DNA of 35,545 nucleotides from Thermoanaerobaculia bacterium (GTDB lineage: Bacteria > Acidobacteriota > Thermoanaerobaculia > Gp7-AA8). The stretch is taken from NCBI GenBank assembly GCA_035576505.1, contig DATLWH010000717.1:1-35545 (forward strand), in the 5' to 3' direction. Positions 1-7,900 of this stretch are shown here, one piece after another (positions within the stretch are counted from its first letter, which is position 1; the number at the start of each line of letters is the position of its first letter). The position numbers and the translations under genes were made by a program. A model generated the notes under the pieces. The model was not told where the DNA came from. It did not search any database and was given only the letters and a program-made list of their open reading frames with translations.

Positions 1-362
1 GCGACGAGCGCAGCCAGCTTCTCGCGCAGCATTTCCTGCGTCAGGACGATGGCGACCCGACTGTCGCGCACCATGTGGTCCAGGCGCTCGTCCGGATAAT
101 CAGGGTCCAGCGGCACATAGGCCCCGCCCGCCTCGAGAATGCCGAAGAGGGCCACCACCATCTCCAGCGACCGCTCCATACAGACTCCGACCAGACTGTC
201 CGGCCTCACTCCCTCCGACTGCAAGTACAACGCGAGATCCTGGCTCCTCTCATAGAGCTGGCGGTACGTCAGTCGCTCCTCGCCGCACACCACAGCCGTT
301 TTGTCCGCATGTGACTCGATCTGATCGATGAAGAGCTCGTGCAGGCACCGGCCCTTCGGATA
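1..362 (-). other. Adenylation (A) domain, N-terminal about 120 residues only
   Basis: LHELFIDQIESHADKTAVVCGEERLTYRQLYERS (A1) and LFGILEAGGAYVPLDPDYPDERL (A2). The specificity-conferring residues lie beyond the left edge. Confidence 0.85.
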
Positions 363-1949
363 TTCGGCGTGGGTATCATTGAACTCATGCAGCAGCCGCT
401 CTTCTTCATGGTCCGCCAGAATGCGGTATTCATGCAGGAGCAGGTTTGGATTCTCACTCACCTCCCGCAGCAGCGAACGATAACGCTCGGCCACACTCCT
501 TGCCGTGCGTTGCGCATACAAATCGGGATTGTATTTTACGTGGACGATGAACGATGACGCTCCTGCCTCGAATAGATCCAACCCCAGACTGAATTCTCCC
601 TCCTGCAAGATTCCGGCAACCGGCTCGATCTGCAGTGCCTGTTGCTGAAGCAAAGACGCCGCATCCGCCGGCGTCGCGAAGTTCTGATACGCAAAGGACA
701 TCTGGAAGATCGGGTTCATTTCCCGGCCTCTCGACTGGACCTGGCCAAGCATCAGCGGAAACGGATAGCTGGAGTGATACAGGGCGTCCAACATGGTCCC
801 TCGCAGGGTGCGCAGAAACTGGATCATCGCCGTCCGGTCATCACAACGCGCGCGAATCGGGACCATGTTGATGAAATAACCGACTTCCTCTGCGAACTGT
901 TGCGCCGCGCGCCCCAGCACGGGCATACCGACGATGATGTCGTCTTGATCCGTGCACCGATGCAATAGAAGTTGGAAAACGCCGAGGAAGATTACAGAGG
1001 GCGGCAGGGAATACGTTTTGGCACAATCCCGGATGCACTGGGACAAATCATCCGGCAGTTCGTCGACCAGCGTTTCTCCTTCAAAACTGGCTGATGCCGG
1101 CCGCGGAAAATCGGGAAGCAGCTCGATGTTCGCCAGTTCGCCCTCGAGCTGCCTCCGCCAATAGCGAGCATGAGAGGCGCCCTCCGCCGACGCCAGCATG
1201 GTTTCCTCCCACGCCACGAACTCCTGATAACCGTGCGGGCCGTGCGTCAGGCGAACCGGGTTTCCCTCGCGCAACTGCTGGTAGAAGGCGAGCAAGGACC
1301 TCGCCACGATCATGGCGGAGGCCCCATCAAAGATAATGTGATGGACAGTGAGTAGAAGGACCTGCGCCTCTTGGTCTCGGACAAACAGGTCGATTCGGGT
1401 GAGGGGACCGCGGTTCAAATCGAACGGCCGCCTGGCCTGCGCCCTCAGGAAGGACAGAAACTGTTCATCGTCCGCGAACGCGACATTCCGCGTCTGAATG
1501 GTCGTTTTGCTGCCGTCTTCGAGGCGCTGGTATAAGGTCCCTTCTTTCTCGATCAACCTTGCCGTCAGAATCGGAAATTGTTCGAGGACGCCACCCCAGG
1601 CTTCCGCCAGCATCCCTGTGTCGACGGGGCTGTTGATCTTCCAGCAGATCGGCACGTTGTAGGCGCCTATGTCAGGGTTCAGGCTTTGCAGGACGTAGAG
1701 TCCCTTCTGTCCTGTCGACAATGGGAACTCCTTCGGCGCTCTCGGCGGGCGTTCCGCCATCTGGGTCTGTTGCTTTCCTTTCACGCCGTCCAGTAACGCG
1801 ACGAGCTCGGAGCGATATCTGGCGATGCCTTCCTTGATGTCCGCCGTGAGCAGCCCCTTCGGCGCGAAGCACTTCAACTGGCCTTCCACGGACGACAACT
1901 TCACGCCCCTAGCTGCCAATGTGTCGAGGAACTCTATGACGGTTTCCAT
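1..1949 (-). CDS. NRPS module, 3'-truncated by the window edge: N-terminal docking domain, condensation domain, start of adenylation domain
   Basis: Not in the ORF track. Manual minus-strand translation from ATG 1947..1949 is open for 649 codons to position 1. It begins METVIEFLDTLAARGVKLSSVEGQLKCFAPKGLLTADIKEGIARYRSELVALL. The condensation core is LLLTVHHIIFDGAS (first His codon 1341..1343). A-domain A1/A2-like motifs are LTYRQLYERS and LEAGGAYVPLDPDYPDERL. It starts 13 nt after the upstream PKS stop. Confidence 0.9.
   Translation of the reverse strand, partial: METVIEFLDTLAARGVKLSSVEGQLKCFAPKGLLTADIKEGIARYRSELVALLDGVKGKQQTQMAERPPRAPKEFPLSTGQKGLYVLQSLNPDIGAYNVPICWKINSPVDTGMLAEAWGGVLEQFPILTARLIEKEGTLYQRLEDGSKTTIQTRNVAFADDEQFLSFLRAQARRPFDLNRGPLTRIDLFVRDQEAQVLLLTVHHIIFDGASAMIVARSLLAFYQQLREGNPVRLTHGPHGYQEFVAWEETMLASAEGASHARYWRRQLEGELANIELLPDFPRPASASFEGETLVDELPDDLSQCIRDCAKTYSLPPSVIFLGVFQLLLHRCTDQDDIIVGMPVLGRAAQQFAEEVGYFINMVPIRARCDDRTAMIQFLRTLRGTMLDALYHSSYPFPLMLGQVQSRGREMNPIFQMSFAYQNFATPADAASLLQQQALQIEPVAGILQEGEFSLGLDLFEAGASSFIVHVKYNPDLYAQRTARSVAERYRSLLREVSENPNLLLHEYRILADHEEERLLHEFNDTHAEYPKGRCLHELFIDQIESHADKTAVVCGEERLTYRQLYERSQDLALYLQSEGVRPDSLVGVCMERSLEMVVALFGILEAGGAYVPLDPDYPDERLDHMVRDSRVAIVLTQEMLREKLAALV
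435..1733 (-). other. Condensation (C) domain
   Basis: FPLSTGQKGLYVLQ (C1-like); RPFDLNRGPL; LLLTVHHIIFDGAS (C3 HHxxxDG); VGYFINMVPIR; NPIFQMSFAYQN. Confidence 0.88.
1785..1949 (-). other. N-terminal docking domain of the NRPS (TubC-N-like pattern)
   Basis: IEFLDTLAARGVKLSSVEGQLKCFAPKGLLTADIKEGIARYRSELVALL. This follows the L...GV.L...G..L....PKG.L......I......L..LL pattern typical of N-terminal NRPS docking domains. Confidence 0.65.
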
Positions 1950-1962
1950 GGTAAACGCTCTG

Positions 1963-4900
1963 TCAGAACGTCATCGTGTCGTAGCTGTCTTCGGGCGCTG
2001 TTTCGTTCCACAGGACTTTCGCTGCGAGCTGTTCAGGACTCTTATCGGTGCGGGATGTAGCGGCAGCCGGTTGCTCTAGCGGCGGCGGCGCTAGTCTGCC
2101 CGTCAACCGTTGTTTTCGAGGCCAGCGCCTGAGGGTCACCTGCTCACTCGGCTGTCGTTCCCCGGAATCAGCCTGTCCCACGTTTCGTCTGACGACGGAG
2201 AGAGCATCGATCTTGGCCGTATACGTGGTTGCCAGATACGAAGCGGCGCTTCGTATATCGCTGTATTCAAACAGAACACTCGGTGATATATCTTCGCCGA
2301 GGAGCCGATTCGTTTTCTGGACCAGGAAGGCAATTGCCAGCGATGGCAGTCCAAGATTGAAGTAATTCTGGTCAATCGGAATGTTCTCGATCGGTATCTG
2401 CATCTGAAGCGCTGCTTCCTGCTTCATGAACAACTCCATCTTCTCTGCTGCTCCCATGAAGACGACTTCTTCACCTGCCGAGGGCTGCTGTGTAGAAAAC
2501 AGCCACGTCGCGCCGTCATCAGGCTCGATTGCGCCGTTAGCGGCCTGGAAAGAGAGCCCGCGCATCTGCACACGGACATGACCGTCCGTATCGATCAGAT
2601 CGATATCCAGCTCGAGCGGTCTGCCCTCATGATCAACGCCCTGGGCATAGCGCGCCCAGGCGTACATGTCTTCCGTGCAGGGCAACAGCACGCGTAGATG
2701 TCGCAGCCTGTGCGGCAACGGCGGCGTGCCATGGCGTTGAGCGGGGTCCGCAATCAAACGGATGCCCGTTTGCAGAGCACCGGTCATCACACTCGGGTGC
2801 AGCACATACCCACCGTGGCTGCCGTCCGATTCGGCCGCCGAGACAACGGCCGGCAGGGCCAACTGCGCCAGTAGCTGGTGATCGCCGTGATCGACAGTCT
2901 TGATCGAGCGATGAGCCGGGCCATAGTGAAGACCCATCGCGGTGAATTCCGCATACATGCTGTCCGGGTCCTGTTGGCCGTGCCGCATTTGGGCGCGAAG
3001 TTCGTCGATATCGACCGGCGCGGGAGGGGGTTGTTTACTAAGGAAGGCCCGACCCTGGCAGTGAACGATTTCCTGCTCCGACTCTCCGCTGTAAATCTCG
3101 TAATGGATCTGCTCGCTGTCAGTAGCAAGCAGAGCGATGGTTGCTTCCTGATTGCCGGCCACCACCATCGGGTGTCCCCAGATCGTGTCCTCCAGCTCGA
3201 CCACCGAGGACCCCTGAGGAATGGACGCAGCCGCTTCGAGGGCAGCCCGGGCCATTTCCAGATAGGCGGCTCCCGGCAATACCTTCTGCAAAATGTGGCC
3301 GTTTGTAGCCAGCTGGTGGTCTCTTAAGAAGGGCTCCGCTCCTGTCAAGGTAGCGCGATAGCTCTGCTGGCTGAGAGTGGACGTATTGGTGTGGAGCAAC
3401 GGGTGAAGTTGCGCAACGGAGGCGCGATTCCACATCGGCGTAGTTTCCCTGCTGCCGTTGAAGTCTCGAGACTCGGCGGTGATCGGCCCCGCCGTGTCGG
3501 GGATCCAATGACGCTCCTTCGCAAACGGATACGTGGGAGCAGAGATGCGCCTCGGAGCATCCGCGGTGTGAAGTAAGCGCCAGTCGATCTTGGCGCCGGC
3601 TACCCACATCTCCGCCAGCCTGGAAAGATCTTCTGCCGCGATGCCGTCCGCCGACGCGGGTGGCGCTTTTCTGTCTCTCATGTCATTGCGGTAGCTGTCT
3701 GCCGGTCTCTCCCTTTTGAGGAGTTGCCCGAGCTTCTCTTTCAAGTCTTCATTGCTCGAAGCGACCAAAGCCAGCCTTTCCGGCATCTCGTCTCGTCCAA
3801 CCTGCAACGTATAGGCAAGGTCAGCCAGCTCGACCTCACCTTTTTCCAGGTATGTGTGTATGGATTGGATGTAGGCCTCGAGCCGCGCGTCGTTCTTTGC
3901 GGACAGCACGATCAATTCCGGCGCCTCCGCGCGAGGCAGAGACTGACGTTTCGGAGGAACATACTCCTCCAGCACGATGTGGGCATTGGCTCCGCCGAAA
4001 CCAAAAGCACTTACACCCGCCCTGCGCGGAAGTGGGGCTCCATCCTCGCCCATCGGAGCTTCCCATTCGGTGAGTTTGTCTACGACGTAGAAGGGAGTCC
4101 CGTTGAGCTTGATGTAGGGATTAATTTCCTCGAAGTGGAGCGTCGCCGGAATCTGTTTGTGCTTCATGGCCAGCAGTACCTTGAGCACGCTCGCAATGCC
4201 GGCAGCGGTCTCGAGGTGGCCCATGTTGCTCTTGACGCAGCTCAAACCGCAGTGAGGATCCGCCGCGGGAGGTTTGCCATGTCTCTTGTACAACTCGGAA
4301 AATGCCCGGCTCATCCCCTGAAATTCGATGGAATCTCCCAGGCCGGTTCCCGTGCCGTGGCATTCGATGTATCCGACCGTGGCGGGATCGATCTGCGCCT
4401 TCTCATATGCCTCGACCAGGAGAGCCGATTGAGCGGAAGCATTCGGCGCCGTAAGCATTGCCCCGCGCCCGCCATGGTTCTCGGCGGTTGCCTTGATGAC
4501 CGCATAAATATGGTTGCCATCCGCCTCGGCGACCGATAAAGGTTTGATGAAAATCGCCCCGCAGCCCTCTCCTCTCGAATAGCCGGTTCCGCGCTTATCA
4601 AAGCTCCTGCATTTCCCGTCGCTGCTCATCAGCCCGGCCATGGAAAATTGAATATGCCCGCCGGGGCTCATCATGGCGTGTACTCCGCCCACGATGGCCA
4701 TGTCACAGTCTCCCCCACGGATCGATTCGACGGCTCGGTGCAGAGCGATCAGCGAGCTGGAACAGGCGGTGTCGATGGGCGCGCTGGGTCCGTGCAGGTT
4801 GAGCAGGAATGAGACTCGATTGGCCAGAATGGAATGGGAATTACCCGGCCCGGCGTGCAGGTCCATGGCCATTGGGAGATGAGTCATTACGTTGAGGTAG

Positions 4901-7900
4901 TCATTCGTGGCCACGCCCACGAACAGTCCGGTTCTCGTGCCGGAGAGGTCGGAGACCTTTTGCCCGGAATCCTCGATTGCCTGCCACACGGTTTGCAGGA
5001 AGATCCGCTGCTGCGGGTCCATCATCTGCGCCTCTCTGGCGGAGATCCCGAAGAACAGCGCGTCGAACTTGTCGACCTCTTTCATGAACCCACCCCACTT
5101 GGAGCTCGACTTGTTCGACTCCGTGAGGGGATCTCCATGGCAGTCTTCCCATCGCCAGCGATCGGGTGGGACGACCGAGATCAGATCTCGCGCGTTCTTC
5201 AAGTTGTCCCAGAATTCATCCAGGTCTTCGGAGAGGGGCATGACGCCGCTCATCCCTACGATGGCGATCGGCTCGTTGAGGAAACGATAACGCGGAGATA
5301 GCCCTTCGCCGGAAGTTCGAAGCATTGCCGCGCCATCGATAGCGGCAGGATCCCAACCCTTCCTGATCGCGAACGTTGCCGCCTCGTGACCTTTCGCATC
5401 TTCGATCCGCGCCTGCTGTTCGCTTGCCGGTGGCTGCGTGGCGACTGTAGCAGCGGCAGCGGAGCCACGATAGAAACGAAGGATCTCATCCCTTCGCTCC
5501 TCGGATAGATATCTCGCGATCTCGCCGAGCGATGGATAATCGAAAAACAGAACCGGCGTGATATCCAGTTGATACTTGTCATTGATGGCGTTCGCAAACG
5601 ACGTCAGGCCAATCGAGTCGTAGCCGAGGTCCAGCAGGATCTTGTCGTGCGCCACGTCGCCGGCCTCGAGCTTCAGGTGGCTCATCACGATCTGCGACAA
5701 GTCGTTCAGCAGCGGCGTGAGAAGATCTCCGTCGCCGCCACTCGCCGTCGTCGCGGACATGGCAGGGGACGCCTGCTTTTTTCTCAAGCCCCACGCCAGT
5801 TCGACCTTTTCCTGAACGCCTTCCAGCACTGCAAACTGCGATCTTCCGGACGCAACGCCTCGCTCGAACGCGTCGAATCCTGTTGCGGCGCTGAGTGGCG
5901 AAATCCCCAGGGTGTTCTTGAAGAACAGCCTGGTCTGGTCATCGAGCTTCATTCCGCCGTCAGCCCAGATCGACCAGTTGAAGCTGAGGGTTTGGCCCCG
6001 CCGTGTTCCTTCGGTGCGGCGACGTTCACGTTCCGCCGCTAATGAGTCCATGTAGTGGTTGGCGAAGCTGTAGTCGCATTGTCCACCGTTGCCCTGGACA
6101 GCGGCAAGCGAGGAAAAGGTCACGAAGAAGTCGAGATCCTCGTCTTTGGTCAGCTCGTCCAGGTAAACTGTTCCGAAGACTTTCGGCGCAAAGACCGCAC
6201 TCATTTCCTCGGGCGTCTTGTTCCTGATGAGCGAGTCTCTTAGAACGCCGGCGGCGTGGATGACTCCATTGATCTGGCCAAAGCGCGATTTGGTCTCCTT
6301 GACCAGATTCCTGACATCGTCTACGTTGGAAACGTCTGCGGGCACGTAAAGGACCTCCGTGCCCCCCTTTCTGAGCTCGTCCAACCTGGCCTCCTGCTCG
6401 GCCGACAACGCCGATCGGCCGGTAAGGACCACTCTCGCCTTGTGCTCTCTCGCCAGAAACTCCGCGAACATGAGGCCCAGCCCACCCCCGCCCCCGGTAA
6501 TCAGAATGACGCTCTCTTCCCTGATGCCCTTACCTTTGAGCGGCGCGGCCGGCCCTTCTTCGAGGTCGAACGCTTTGAGCTTTCTGATGAAGCGCTCCCC
6601 TGCCTCATAGCGAACGACGGTCGCATCCTGCGTGCGCGCATTGAGCTCCGCCGAAATCGCATCGAGAATCGGCTCGTGGCCATTACCATCCTGCCGGATT
6701 TCGAGCGTTTTGCAGAGCAGCCTGGGATGCTCCAGACGCAGCGTATTGACGAAGCCGCCCACCGCCTCGTTGTGCGGTTGGACCTCACCCTGTTTCCCTG
6801 TATAGAGATAGAAGAGCTGGACTGCATTCTCACGTTTCTGTTTGATCAGCGCCTGACAAACGAAGAGGAAAGAGTAGACGCCTCTCTCCAGCGATTCTGT
6901 CAAATCGTGCTCATCGCCGAAGTTCGTGTGGATTGCCGGCCACGCAAAGCAGATGTTCTCGACCGGGCATCCTTTTTCTGTCAGGGATTCAAAGAGCCGC
7001 GTAAAATCGTCTTTGCTTCGCGGGTTGACCGTGTAGGACTGGCCACCCTCATCCTCGAACGTTGCTCCCGGCCGGACCAGAATCACATGATCGGCATCCG
7101 CTCCCGCTTCGCTCGCCCGCGCTCGAGCCAGATCGAAAAGGGTTTCGTCTGTATCGAAGAGCACAAGGGAATACGGTCCGATGTGCGGCGCCGTCTCCGC
7201 GGCCAGCGGCGCTTTCTCCCAGCCATACGAATAGTACAGTCTGGAAACGCCTTCCGCCGCGGCATTGGCCAGCGTTTTCTTGTGAACTTCCCGAAGAGGC
7301 ACGCCGACGGAATCGCGAATTTTGACGAGAATTTTTCCCGTGTCATCCACGATGAACGCATTGCTCTTAACGACCGCCGAGCCTTTGCCTCTTCTTGCAT
7401 CATCCTCTTTCGCCTGTGTCACATAGCTGAAGCAGTTGGATTGAAGAGGCTGAAGGATCTCGACTTCGCCGATGGAAAACGGGACCAGCATCTCGCCCGC
7501 CTGTCCGCCGAGATGCGCAGCCATTCCGGCCTGTAAGGAACCATCCACGAGCGAAGGGTGCAGAACCATGCTTTGCAGGTCGCCTTGACGAAACACCGGC
7601 AGCTTCAGAGCGCCCAGGGTTTCGACTTCGTTCCCGTAGACATCCTGGAGTACCTGAAAACTGGGGCCCAAATTCAGGCCGAATGATTTGAAGAGAGGAT
7701 AGGCCGTCTTGCCGTCGATGACCTTTGCGCACCTTGCGCGAACGCCCTCCAGATCGATGGATTCCGGCTCCGCGGCGGCGTCCTGCGCGGTGGCGTACAG
7801 CAGCTTGCCCTGCGAGTGAAGTACTTTGTTGCCAGCCGGTCCTTCACTGAACACTTCGAATTGAACGGTGTCCCCGCTGGGTTTCAACTCGATGAACACC

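Noticed and set aside
1966-2220. Thioesterase or other release domain in the 85-residue C-terminal tail of the second PKS.
   Set aside because: It has no GxSxG or other catalytic motif. It is far too short and low-complexity (R/P/Q/A-rich). A linker plus docking peptide to the NRPS explains it better.
6256-7536. Long plus-strand ORFs: 6256..7536 (426 aa), 9820..11223 (467 aa), 15747..16841 (364 aa), 25716..26735 (339 aa), 29898..31037 (379 aa), 31422..32456 (344 aa), 34341..35327 (328 aa) and many shorter ones.
   Set aside because: All lie antisense to minus-strand ORFs with unmistakable PKS/HMGS domain motifs. Their translations are Arg/Gly/Pro/Leu-rich with no recognisable motifs. Long stop-free antisense frames are expected in GC-rich coding DNA. 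I treat them as shadow ORFs.
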